A stretch of DNA of 64,000 bases from Heterodontus francisci (lineage: Eukaryota). Where the stretch lies: positions 81,812,024 to 81,876,023 of the forward strand of contig NC_090377.1 in assembly GCF_036365525.1 (NCBI RefSeq), read 5' to 3'. The first letter of the stretch is position 1. Every line of letters begins with the position of its first letter. Positions 24,655 through 37,095 of the stretch are shown here, one piece after another. The notes below the pieces were generated by a model. It made no database searches and was not told the DNA's origin. It saw nothing but the letters and a program-made list of their open reading frames with translations. The translations under genes were made by a program, and so were the position numbers.

Positions 24655-27600
24655 GAAAAGCAAAATACTGCGGATGCTGGAAATCTGAAATGAAAACAAG
24701 AAATGCTGGAAACACTCAGCAGGTCTGGCAGCATCTGTGGAGAGAGAAACAGAGTTAACGTTTAAGGTCAACGGCCCTTCTTCAGAACTGGCAATTATTA
24801 GCAATGTAAAAGGTTATAAGCAAGTAAAGTAGGGGTGGGGCAAGAGATAACAAAGGAGAAGGTGCAGATAGGACAAGGTCACAGAATAGCTGACCAGAAG
24901 GTCCTGGAGCAAAGATATGTTAATGGTGTGTTGAAAGACAAAGCATTAGTACAGAAAGGGTGTTAATGGACTGAAAATTGAACAGCCACAAGTACAAACA
25001 TGAAAAAAGCAAACTGAACAAACTAAGATGAAATAAAATAAACAAAAAAAATAACTAAAAATAAAAGTAAAATGAGTGCCCATCATGCTCTGAAATTATT
25101 GAAATCCATGTTCAGTCCGGCAGGCTGTAGTGTGCCTAATCAGTAAATGGGATGCTGTTCCTCGAGCTTGCGTTGATGTTTACTGGAACACTACAGCAAT
25201 CCCAGGACAGAGATGTGAGCATGAGAGCAGGGGGAAGTGTTGAAATGGCAAGCAAACGGAAGCTCGGGGTCCTGCTTGCGGACTGAGCGGAGGTGTTCCG
25301 CAAAGCAGTCACCCAGTCTGCGTTTGGTCTCCCCAATGTAGAGGAGACCACATTGTGAGCAGCGAATACAGTATACTGCACTGAAAGAAGTACAAGTAAA
25401 TCGCTGCTTCACTTGAAAGGAGTGTTTGGGGCCTGGGATAGTGAGGCGAGAAGAGGTAAATGGGCAGGTATTACACCTCCTGCGATTGCAGGGGAAGGTG
25501 CCATGGGAAGGGGATGAGGTGGTGGGGGTAATGTAAGAGTGGACCAGGGTGTCACGGAGGGAACGATCCCTTGCCGTGTATTCACTATACCCTCTGACCT
25601 CCCCCTCTCTGACGCTGAACGTTCTGTACTCAGGAAAGGTCTCCGTTTTATCCCCTTACGCCCCCACCTCAATGAATTTTGTGCTCGGCGTGACGTTGAG
25701 CTCTTCTTCCGTCGCCCCCGCCTCCGGGCTCACTTCTTTGACCAGGAGTCCTCCCCCCGATCAGTAGACCCATTTATCCGCCTCCAGCATTCTCCCTCTA
25801 CCTGGACCCCTCCCCCTGGCATCTTACCCGCTCTTGATCTTTTCATTGAAAACTGTCAGCGAGACATTGTTCATCTCAATTTCTCTGCCCCCCTCACTCA
25901 CTCTAACCTGTCCCCTTCTGAACTTGAGTCACTCAGTTCTCTCAGGTCTAACCCCGACATTGTCATCAAACCTGCAGACAAGGCTGGTGCTGTTGTTGTA
26001 TGGTGTACCGACCTCTACCTTGCAGAGGCTCAGCGCCAACTCTCAGACACTTCTTCCTACTTTCCCCTGGACCATGACCCCACCACCAAACATTAAGCTA
26101 CTGTCCACAGGACTGTCACTGACTTCATCTCCTCTGGAGATCTTCCCTCGACAGCTTCCAAACTCGTCCCGCAACTCCGGACAGCCCACTTCTACCTCCT
26201 TCCCAAAATCCACAAACAGGACTGTCCCGGCAGACCCATTGTGTCAGCCTGTTCCTGCCCCACTGAACTTATTTCTTCCTATCTTGACTCTATCTTTTCT
26301 CCGCTGGTCCAGTCTCTTCCCATCTACATCCGTGACTCTTCTGACGCCCTACGTCATTTTGACAATTTCCAGTTTCCTGGCCCCAACCGCCTCCTCTTCA
26401 CTATGGAAGTCCAATCTCTCTACACCTCCATCCCCCACCAGGACGGTTTGAGGACTCTCCACTTCTTCTTTGAACAGAGGCCCAACCAGTCCCCATCCAC
26501 CACCACCCTCCTCCGCCTGTCTGAACTTGTTCTCACATTGAACAACTTCTCCTTCAACTCCACTGACTTCCTTCGAGTAAAAGGTGTTGCTATGGGTACC
26601 CGCATGGGTCCCAGTTATGCCTTTCTTTTTGTGGGCTATGTCGAACATTCCTTGTTCCAGTCCTACTCGGGCCCCCTCCCTCAACTCTTTTTCCAGTACA
26701 TTGATGACTCTATTGGTGCCGTTTCCTGCTCCCGCCTCGAACTAGAAAACTTCATCAACTTTAGTTCTGATTTCCACCCTTCTCTCACCTTTACATGGTC
26801 GATCTCCGACACTTCCCTTCCTCGACTTCTCTGTTTCCATCTCTGGGGATAGGCTGTCTACTAATATCCATTATAAACCCACCGACTCCCACAGCTACCT
26901 CGACTACACTTCTTCACACCCTGCCTCCTGTAAGGACTCCATTCCATTCTCCCAGTTTCTCCGTCTCTGACACATCTGCTCTGATGCTACCTTTCATGAC
27001 AGCGCTTCTGATATGTCTTCCTGTTTTCCTCAACCGAGGATTCCCCCCCCCCCCCACTGGTTGACAGAGCCCTCAACCGTGTCCAGCCCATTTCCCGCAC
27101 CTCTACCCTCACCACTTCCCCTCCCTCCCAGAACCATGACAGGATTCCCCTTGTCCTCACTTTCCACCCCTTCAGCCTCCATATCCAAAGGATCATTCTC
27201 TGCCATTTCGCCACCTCCAGCGTGATGCCACTACCAAACGCATCTTCCCCTCCCTTCCCCGTCAGCATTCCGAAGGGATCGTTCCCTCCGTGACACCCTG
27301 GTCCACTCCTCCATTACCCCCACCATCTCATCCCCTTCCCACAGCACCTTCCCCTGCAATCGCAGGAGGTGTAATACCTGCCCACTTACCTCCTCTCTCC
27401 TCACTATCCCAAGTCCCAAACACACCTTTCAGGTGAAGCAGCGATTTACTTGTAATTCTTTCAATGTAGTATACAGTATTTGCTGCTCACAATGTGGTCT
27501 CCTCTACATTGGGGAGACCAAACGCAGACTGGGTGACTGCTTTGCGGAACACCTCCGCTCAGTCCGCAAGCAGGACCCCGAGCTTCCGTTTGCTTGCCAT

Positions 27601-28179
27601 TTCAACACTTCCCCCTGCTCTCATGCTCACATCTCTGTCCTGGGATTGCTGCAGTGTTCCAGTGAACATCAACGCAAGCTCTAGGAATAGCATCTCATTT
27701 ACCGATTAGGCACACTACAGCCTGCCGGACTGAACATTGAGTTCAATAATTTCAGAGCATGACGGGCCCCCATTTTACTTTTATTTTTAGTTATTTTTTT
27801 CTTTCTCCTTTTTTCGTTTATTTTATTTTATTTCATCTTTGTTCAGTTTGCTAACCCACTATTTTTTTCATGTTTGTATTTGCGGTTGTTCAATTTTCAG
27901 TCCATTAACACCCTTTCTGTACTAATGCTTTGTCTTTCAACACACGATTAACATATCTTTGTTCCATGACCTTCTGGTCAGCTATTCTGTTACCCTGTCC
28001 TATCTGCACCTTCTCCTTTGTTATCTCTTGCCCCACCCCCACTTTACTTGCTTATAACCTTTTACATTTCTAACATTTGCCAGTTCTGAAGAAGGGTCAC
28101 TGACCTGAAACGTTAACTCTGCTTCTCTCCACAGATGCTGCCAGACCTGCTGAGTGTTACCAGCATTTCTTGTTTTTAT
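24655..28179 (+). mobile_element. Penelope-like element (RT plus GIY-YIG) with an inverted duplicated 3' arm
   Basis: IKPADKAG, FYLLPKIHK, GVAMGTRMGP, QYIDD and GIY-YIG region VVYSICCSQCGLLYIGETKR; 24655-25572 is a minus-strand copy of about 27273-28179; 13-bp TSD ttctttattctct at 24642 and 28180. Confidence 0.92.
28082..28118 (+). ncRNA. Minimal type I hammerhead ribozyme motif in the PLE pseudo-LTR
   Basis: agtt-CTGAAGA-a-gggtc(act)gacct-GAAAC-GTT-aact: core boxes, stem II, stem I agtt/aact, loopless palindromic stem III (AACGTT). Confidence 0.7.
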
Positions 28180-29842
28180 TTCTTTATTCTCTTGATGGTT
28201 TTCGGATGTGTGTAATTGACCCCTCTTAGCTTGGAATGTATCCTTTTGTCCTTAACTGACAGTAAGACATTTTGAATGTACAGGGCCAGGTGGACTGGTT
28301 TTCAGTGGCCATTTTGAAGCACACTGTCTACATTTTTTTGAAAGGAAAAGTCAATTTTTATAACTCGTCAGTTTGGGTTCTGTATTTTCATCGCTGCATT
28401 TCTCGTGTGTGTGACAACAGGCAGATAAAATTCACCTGATTAACTGGAAACATTTCTCAATGAGTCTTGGTCTGTGTTAGCATAAGGCTTTCAATAAGGT
28501 TCTTAAACATCAAGGTCAAGTGTCAGATTTATTAAGCATATATACATGCAAGAGCATGAAGCATACACTTTGAACTTAAAATAATACCTGATGGTTTCAT
28601 TGAGGATTCAAATGCATGATTGTCCTTAACCTGGTGTACAGGCTGATCAGGCCTGAGTGAATTATAGATATCTATACAAAGTGCCACGCTCTATTAATTT
28701 CTTTCACTTAAAAAGGTCTATAATAATATAGTATCTGTAAAAGTGACCATGAAGCTGTTGGATTCGCATAGAAAACCCAACTTGTTCAATAATCTTTCTG
28801 GGGGAGGAAATCTGGTTTTCTTACCCAGTCTGTCCTATCCATGAATCCAGCCCCACACCAATGTGGTTGCTTCTTAACTGCCCTCTGAAATGACACAGCA
28901 AGTCACTCAATTGTATCACTACAAAAAAGAAACAAACCAGATGGATCACTCATCTGTGACTTGGGTGTCAAATTCTGTCATCGTGAAGGCACACTCAGCC
29001 CAATCTATTCTGCAAAGTTATCCTCACTAACATTTGGGGACTAATGCCAAAGTTGAAGAACTGTCCCACAGACTAGGCAAGCAACAGCCTGATGCATTAT
29101 CATACTCACAGAATCATGCCTATCTCAGACTCCTCCACCATCATCCCTTGGCACATCCTGACCCATCAGCAGGACAAACCCACTAGAGGCTGGGGTACAA
29201 TGGAGTACAGTCAGTTGGTAGTGGTCCTGGGATCCTCAGCGTTGACTCTAAACCCCATGAAGTCTTGTGGCTTTAGGTTAAGCATGGGCAAAGAATCCTC
29301 CTGTCAATTAGCACTTACCACCCTCCTTCAGCCAATGAATCAGTCCTCTTCCATGTTGAACACCACTTAAAGGAAGCACTGAGGGTGGTAGGACAAAGAA
29401 CGTACTGTGGGATGTCCTCTTTGATATTCTATGGCACTATGACTGTTGGGTGGGATAGATTAAGACCAGATCAAAACTCGGCTCTTGAGTGGCTCTGGTC
29501 CATCAGCAGCAGCAGAATTGGATTTTGCCATAATTAACCTCATGGCCTGGCATATCTATCACTGCTCCATTACTGTAAAGGCAGGTGGGTACTCCTGGTT
29601 TAGTGAAGAGTATACAAGAGCAGCACCAGGCATACCTTAAACTGAGGTGCCAACCTAGTGCAACACAGGACTACAAGCATGCTAAATAGCAGAACAATAT
29701 GTTATCAACAGAGCTAAGTGATCCACAGCCAACAGATCAGGTGAGAGCTCTGCAGTCCTGCCACATCCAATTGCAAATGGTGGTGAATCATTTAAGCAAT
29801 GAATTGGAGGAAGAGGTTACATGAACTTCCCCATCCTCGATA

Positions 29843-31060
29843 ATAAAAATAGAAAATGCTGGCAATACTCAGCAGATCAAGCAGCATCTGTGAGAGAGAA
29901 ACGGTTAACATTTCAGATTGGTGACTTTTCATTAGAACTGGGAAAAGTTCGAAATGTATGAGGTTTTAAGCAAGTGAAAGCGAGGAGGGTGATCAGAAGA
30001 ATAAAAGGGAAGGTTTGTGATAGGGTGGAAGGCAGGAGAAATTAGTTATCAAAAGGGTTTGTGGTCAAAGCCCAAGTGGTGATGGGACAAGTCAACAAAC
30101 AAACTATGTGGCTAGGAGAGGTGTGAATGGCAAAATGATGAAAAGCTGCTGCCTCAAAAGAAAGCGAAAAACTAGAGAGCAAAACCAGCATTTGCATGGA
30201 ATGTTGCCATGGGAAGAGAAAGGTGTGGACCAGAGTGTCTTGGAGGGAACAGCTGAAAGGGGAGGGCACGAGAAGATGCATTTGTTGATGGGGTCACGCT
30301 GAAGTTTGTAAAAATGGCGGAAGATGATCTGTTGCAGATGGACGCCAGTGGGGTGGAAGGTGAGGAAAAGGGGAATCCTATCTTGGTTCTGGGAGGGAGG
30401 GGAAGGGGTGAGAACAGAAATGTGGGAAATGCGACTGACATGGTCGAGGGCCCTATCAACCATGGTCGGGGCAGAGGAGAGGGTAATCCTCTGTTGATGA
30501 GAAAGGAAGACATATCCGAAGTGCTGGCATGGAAGGGTAGCATCATCAGAACAGATGCAATGGAGAAACTGGGAGAATGGAACAGAGTCCTTACAGGAAG
30601 CAGGGTGCAAAGGAAGTGTAGTCAAGCTAATTGAGGAAGTCAGTGGGTTTATAGTGAATATTTGTTGGGAGCCTGTCCCCAGGAATGGAGACGGAGAAGT
30701 CCGGGAGGGGAAGGGAAGAGTTGGAAATGGAACATGTAAGGGTGACAGAAGGGTGAAAATTGGAAGCAAAGTTGACTTTTGAATTTTCTAGTCTGGGGCG
30801 AGAGCAGGAAACTGCACCGATAGTCATCACTGTGCCAGGAAAAGAGGTGAGGAAGGGAGCCCTGAGTGGGATCTGAACAAGAAATGTTCCACATATCCCA
30901 CAAAAAGGCAGGCATAGCTCGGATCCATGTAGGTACACATTGCAACACCCTCTTATTTGAAGGTAGTGAGTGGAGTTGAAGAAGTTATTCAATGTGAGAA
31001 CAAGTTCAGCCAGGCAGAGGAGGGTGGTGATGGATGGAGACTAGTTTAGTCTCTTCAAGG
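29843..31060 (-). mobile_element. Older 5'-truncated Penelope-like element
   Basis: Minus strand NNFFNSTHYLQ, TNIHYKPTD, HPASCKDSVPFSQFL; pLTR with a decayed hammerhead motif (agttctaatgaaaagtc...tgaaatgttaac). Confidence 0.85.
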
Positions 31061-31174
31061 AAGAATTGCCCAGGTATGTCCTGCCCACAAAAAGCAGGAA
31101 AAATCCAATCTGGCCAATTACTGCCCCGTCATTCTATTCTCGATTGTTAACACTGTCGCGACACCTTCCATCAC

Positions 31175-32748
31175 TTGCAAAGCATTAAGGTAGATAAGTC
31201 CCCAGGGCCTGATGGGATCTACCCTAGAATACTGAGGGAGGCAAGGGAAGAAATTGCTGGGGCCTTGACAGAAATCTTTGCATCCTCATTGGCTACAGGT
31301 GAGGTCCCAGAGGACTGGAGAATAGCCAATGTTGTTCCTTTGTTTAAGAAGGGTAGCAAGGATAATCCAGGAAATTATAGGCCTGTGAGTCTTACGTCAG
31401 TGGTAGGGAAATTATTAGAGAGGATTCTTCGGGACAGAATTTACTCCCATTTGTAACAAACGAACTTATTAGCGAGAGACAGCATGGTTTTGTGAAGGGG
31501 AGGTCGTGTCTCACTAACTTGATTGAGTTTTTTGAGGAAGTGACAAAGATGATTGATGAAGGAAGGACAGTGGATGTTATCTATATGGACTTCAGTAAAG
31601 CCTTTGACTAGGTCCCTCATGGCAGACTGATACAAAAGGTGAAGTCACATGGGATCAGAGGGGCGCTGGCAAGATGGATACAGAACTGGCTCAGTCATAG
31701 AAGACAGAGGGTAGCAGTGGAAGGGTGCTTTTCTGAATGGAGGGATGTGACGAGTGTTGTCCTGCAGGGATCAGTGCTGGGACTTTTGCTGTTTGTAGTA
31801 TATATAAATGATTTGGAGGAAAATGTAGCTGGTCTGATCAGTAAGTTTGCGGACGACACAAAGGTTGGTGGAGTTGAGGACAGTGATTAGGATTGTCAGA
31901 GGATACAGCAGGATATAGATCGGTTGGGCGGAGAAATGGCAGATGGAGTTTAATCCGGACAAATATGAGGTAATGCATTTTGGAAGGTCTAATGCAGGTG
32001 GGAGGTATACAGTAAATGGCAGAACCCTTAGGAGTATTGACAGGCAGAGAGATCTGGGCGTACAGGTCACAAAGTGGCAACGCAGATGGATAAGATAGTC
32101 AAGAAGGCATATGGCATGCTTGCCTTCATCGGTCGGGGCATAGAGTATAAAAATAGGCAAGTCATGCTGCAGTTGTACAGAACTTTAGTTAGGCCACACT
32201 TAGAATATTGCGTGCAATTCTGGTCGCCACACTACCAGAAGGACGTGGAGGCTTTGGAGAGGGTTCAGAAGAGATTTGCCAGGATGTTGCCTGGTCTGGA
32301 GGGCATTAGCTATGAGGAGAGGTTGGATAAACTCTGATTGTTTTCACTGGAATGACGGAGGTGGAGGGGCGACATGATAGAGGTTTACAAAGTTATGAGC
32401 AGCATGGACAGAGTGGATAGTCAGAAGCTTTTTCCCAGGGTGGAAGAGTCAGTTACTAGGGGACATAGGTTTAAGGTGAGAGGAGCAAAGTTTAGAGGGG
32501 ATGTGCGAGGCAGGTTCTTTACACAGAGGGTGGTGAGTGCCTGGAACTTGTTGCCAGGGGAGGTGGTGGAAGCAGGTACCATAGAGACGTTTAAGAGGCA
32601 TCTTGACAAATGCATGAATAGGATGGGAATAGAGGGATACGGACCCCGGAAGTGCAGAAGGTTTTAGTTAAGGCAGGCATCAAGATCGGCACAGGCTTGG
32701 AGGGCCGAATGGCCTGTTCCTGTGCTGTACTATTCTTTGTTCTTGTTC
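31175..32748 (+). mobile_element. 5'-truncated CR1 LINE (RT and 3'UTR)
   Basis: KSPGPDGIYPRIL, KFADD, RPHLEYCVQFWSP; 3' end gggccgaatggcctgttcctgtgctgtactattctttgttcttgttct. Confidence 0.93.
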
Positions 32749-33013
32749 TATCAAGTGGCACTTACTCAGCAAACAACTGCTCATGGATACTCACTTTGGT
32801 TTCCACCAGGGCCACTTGGCTCTGTCCCCCATTACAGCCTTGGTCCAAAGCTGGACAGATGTGCTGAATTCCATGAGTGAGTGTGACTACCCTTGATATG
32901 AAGGCAGCTTTTGACTCTGTGTGGCATCATGGAACCCTTGTAAAACTGAATGCAATGGGGCTGGGGGGGAGAACTCTCCCATGACTGCAGTCATATTTTG
33001 CACAACAGAAGAT

Positions 33014-33646
33014 AGAGTGAAACCTGTATAAATGGGCACTTATTGAGAGACGCAAATAACTTGCATTGTAAAGTATACAAGTGACACTCTGGAACCATGG
33101 ACATTATCAAATTACAAACTATGGACAGTCTTCAATGCACCACCTCTAACAACTTAAAACATGGGAAACAGCATGCCACAGTTCAGAATATTCAAAGTAC
33201 ATACTGTATCTGAGTCTGAAGATGGTGATGACCAATGGATTATTAGTAGATTCCTTTTCCCATGCCAGTGTCGAGGTTTGTATCATCCCTGTTTCTAAAT
33301 GGAACCTTGTTCATTACATATGCCAAAGAAATAACTCCACATGGTATGGCTGCCTGTCATCTGAGATTGTTGTTGGGGACAGGTTCCATTATACAGGATT
33401 GTACTTGCAACATCAGTTTTTTGTTGTTGCATCTGTTCCCAAACATTTCTTAGCATTGTTTATAGCCATTTAGATGCTGATCATAATCCATTGTCTCTCG
33501 AGATAAGGAGGCCCAAAAGAAAGAAGATGCTGATCATAATCTCAGCGGGTTCGTAAAGATTGACAATTTTTACAGTATGTATAAGGACAACTCCAAAAAA
33601 AAAAGCACTTGATGCAAGTCTCTTGGGTGTCCCTATTTTACAGAAA
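33014..33646. mobile_element. Possible pogo/Tigger-like non-autonomous DNA transposon fragment
   Basis: Interrupts family B RT; left end tagagtgaaacctgtataaatgggcac with a partial inverted match gtgtccctattttacag at the right end. Confidence 0.4.
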
Positions 33647-35499
33647 GCTGCTTCATCAATGGCCTTTTCTCCGTCATAAGGTCAGATACTTAGAAATGGG
33701 ATTGTTTGCTGATGGTTGTACAGTGTTCACCTGTGTTCATAATTCCTCAGTTGATGAAACAGTCTGTGCCCATGTGCAGCAACATCAGGACAACATCCAG
33801 GATCCCAAGTAACATTTACACCCAGAGATGCCAAGCAATGACAATCTCCAACAAGAGAGATTCTCGCCACCTCCCCATGACATTCAATGGCATTGTAATT
33901 GCCAAATCCACCACTATCAACGTCCTGTGTGTTGCATTAAAACTCAACTGGACCAGATACATACTGTGTCAACAGTCTGCTGGATGTACTGCAGCAACTT
34001 GCCAAGGCTCCTTTTGACAGCATCTTCCAAACCCATGACCTGGGAGGACAGTAGCAAATGCATGGGAAAACACTCACCTCTAAGTTCCCCTCCAAGCCAC
34101 ACACCACACTGAATTGGAAATATATACTTCTTTGTTATTGAATTAGAACCTTGGAACACTCAAAGTAACAGCACTGCAGGTGTACCTTCACAACATGGAC
34201 TGCAGTGGTTCAAGAAGAAGGCTCACCATTACTTTCTCTGACAGCTAGTGATGGGCAATAAATGCTGACCTTGACAGCGATGCATTTATCCTAAGAATTT
34301 ATATTTTTTTAAATGCAGTCCCAACTCTTTTTTTTTTTAAAGCTACATTTTACTACTCTGAAATGAAGGTTAAAATAGCATTTTGCTTCACATCTCTGCC
34401 CATGATTATTGAATACAAGATTTCCAACTTATTTAGCTTTAAAAACATTTGTCATTTTTTTCAAAACTAAGGAAGCGTATTCAGTATCCCGGGTTCAGCA
34501 TCTGAGTGCATTTATGAATATATTACAGACCTGTGTCCTTTTCTACAGCAAGCGTGTCTTAATGTGAATTTCTAGTCACAGATTAATTTACTGCATTCAG
34601 TTGGATTTAAAATCGAAGTAGATATCTACCTGAGAAAATTGAATGCTGTCTGGGTCTTTATAACAGAACGCCTTTTGCTTTCAAACACCACTACTGTTTA
34701 CATGTGTTGTCCCAGACGACCAGTTATAGCAAAAGTAAGATCGATGTGAAACTATTCTGACTTCCTCCATAGCTTTCTGTCATTGCTGTAGTCACTGTGC
34801 TCCATCTTCACATTCCCTTTTTTGGGGAGAGAATCTTTTTTCCATCTCAATTTATCCCCTCAGACACAGTGTGGTTGGGCCATTCTCCTTCCTTCCTTAG
34901 GACAAAGGCGTTGGCTTCTGGACTATTGCGTCGATAATAACGCTTTGCAGTGGGGCTGTCTGTTTCACTTAGATCTTTGGTTCTGGATGAACCTACCGTA
35001 CACACAAATGACTGTGAGCTGGCTTTCCTCTCAACTTTCTTGATTTGAGATTACTTGCAATTGAATGGCACTTAATTCTGCCTGTAACAGACTGGTGAAG
35101 CTATGAGTTAGCTTCTTGCTTCTTAAAGGTACCTTGCACTAGTATGTATACCTCCTGCACCTACCAGATAAAAACCATTACGCGAGAAGAATAGAGACAA
35201 GAGGAGACTTAATTTTGCTTCTGAGTGACCCATGTGTTGGAATGACTCGCCCATTTTTGTTTGTGTCATCCCCAGTTGGTACTAAAGCACTGATCTCCTG
35301 ATAAATTGACTTCATTAACTTGCTTACCTTACAGCTTTAGTTTTAACAAAGGGACCCACAAACATATCAGGTGTTATGACCTGTTTACGCTCATTTAACT
35401 GCTTCCTCCCTCGGCCTAAACCAGGGACAATGACTGTACAATTTCGTTGTTTAAAAAAACATATTTGATTTTCCTTGGTACTCCGTTTTATAAAGTGTA

Positions 35500-37095
35500 T
35501 TCATTCTGGGGATGTGGGTATTGGTAGGCAAGGCCAGCATAATTGCCCATATCTATTTGCGCGTGATGCCACCTTTTTGAACCACTGCAAACTGTGTGGT
35601 GAAGGTACTCCCACAGTGCTATTTATAGTAAGTGCCAGGATTTTGACCCAATAATGATTAAAATGGTGGTGCATTTCCAAATCAGAAATGTGTGCAGCTT
35701 ACAAGATGGTGATGTTCCCATGCGCCTGCTGTCATGGAAGCTAAGGCAAGGTGCTGCAGTGCATCTTGCAGGTGGTACACAGTGCAGTCACAGTGCATTG
35801 GGGGTGAAGGGAGTCAATATTTAATTTGATGGATGTTAATTATGTATTAATTACACTTAATTGTATGCAGGTGGTGAGCATTAACTGAGGATTCAGTTGT
35901 GCCCTTATATAAAGGATCTCTGAAACTGTGGTTGTTTGGTAAGGAGGTGCATGTTTGTAATGTGTATCTCTGTCAATAAATGCTTCTCTAAAAGTGTGTA
36001 AAGACTGGCTACAGTTCTAACCTTACACTCCAGAAAGCCAGTTGATGAACAGGTGCGGTGCCAGCCAAGCAACCTGGATGGTGTCAAGCTTGTGTTGCTG
36101 GAGTTGCACTTACCCATACTGGCAGAGAATATTCCAACACACTGCAGACTTGTCGGTCGTGGAAAGGCTTTGGTGAGTTACTCGCCACAGAATACCCAGC
36201 ACCAGACTTGGTCTACTCTCCACAGTGTTTAGTGGCTGATCCAGTTAAGTTTCTGATCCTTGCTGCCCCCCATCATGTTGATGGATTTGACAATCCGAAT
36301 GCCATTCATTGTCAAAGGGAGGTGATTTCAACTTTCTTGCAGATGGCCATTGCCTGGAACTTGTGTTGCACAAATGTTACTTGCTACTTAGGAGCCCAAG
36401 CGTGGATGCTGTCCAAGTCTTACTGCATGTAGATACAGACTGCTTCATTATCTGAGGAATTGCAAATGAGACTGAAATTGCAATCCTCAGCAAGCATCCC
36501 CACTTCTGACCTTGTGTTGGGTAGGCGATCATTGATGAAGCAGTTGAAGATGGGGCTAGGACACTGCCTTGAGGAACTCCTCCAGGGATGTCCTGGGGCT
36601 GAGATGATTGATCTCCAATAACTGCAAACAAATTCCTTTTATACTGGCTATGACTGCAGCTAGTGGAAAGTTTTCCCCTTGATTCCCAATAACTTCAGTT
36701 TTACTAGCTCTGCTTGATGCCACACTCAGTAAAATCCTGCCTTGATGCCTCACTCTTTTGTCCATGTTTGAACCATGATCTGGAGCTGACTGGCTCGGGT
36801 GGAACCCAAACTGAACATCGGTGAGCAGGTTGTTGGTACCCAAATGCCACTTGATAGCACTAGCGACTACTCCTTCCATTACTTCGCTGATGATTAAAAG
36901 TGGGCAGGTGGGGCAGTAATTGGCTGGATTAGATATTTTCTGTGTTTTGTGAACAGGACATACCTGGGTAATTATTCACTTCGTCAGGTAGATGTCAGCA
37001 TTGTAGCTGTACTGGAACAACTTGGGTAGAAATATGGCAAGTCTTCACTACAGCGGGATGTTGTTGGGATCCAGCGGCTTTGCTGTATCCAGTGA
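35500..37095 (-). mobile_element. Family B LINE, 3' part
   Basis: Minus ORFs with NNLLTDVQFGF and GVPQGSVL; family tail revcomp aaggccagcataattgcccat. Confidence 0.8.
35834..36051 (+). mobile_element. Solo LTR of the GalEa-like copia family
   Basis: Aligns to 16923-17128 (ttgtatgcaggtgg...attaactg...tgtgcc...ctgtggttgtt...aaagtgtgtaaaga...ctacagttctaacctt); TG...CA ends. Confidence 0.8.

Larger units (their letters stand above)
23507..28416 (-). mobile_element. Solo LTR with perfect ACAG TSD, split by nested CR1 and Penelope insertions
   Basis: 23507-24086 and 28190-28416 are reverse-complement homologues of contiguous parts of 38624-39531; ACAG at 23503-23506 and 28417-28420. Confidence 0.85.
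28740..34300 (+). mobile_element. Near full-length but decayed family B LINE (CR1/L2 group), interrupted three times
   Basis: Endonuclease start LTNIWGLMPKL...KQQPD (about 29020); AQVCPAHKKQEKSNLANYCP (about 31070); DMKAAFDSVWH (about 32895); FADG (about 33706); 3' tail gatgggcaataaatgctgacc (about 34250). Confidence 0.8.
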
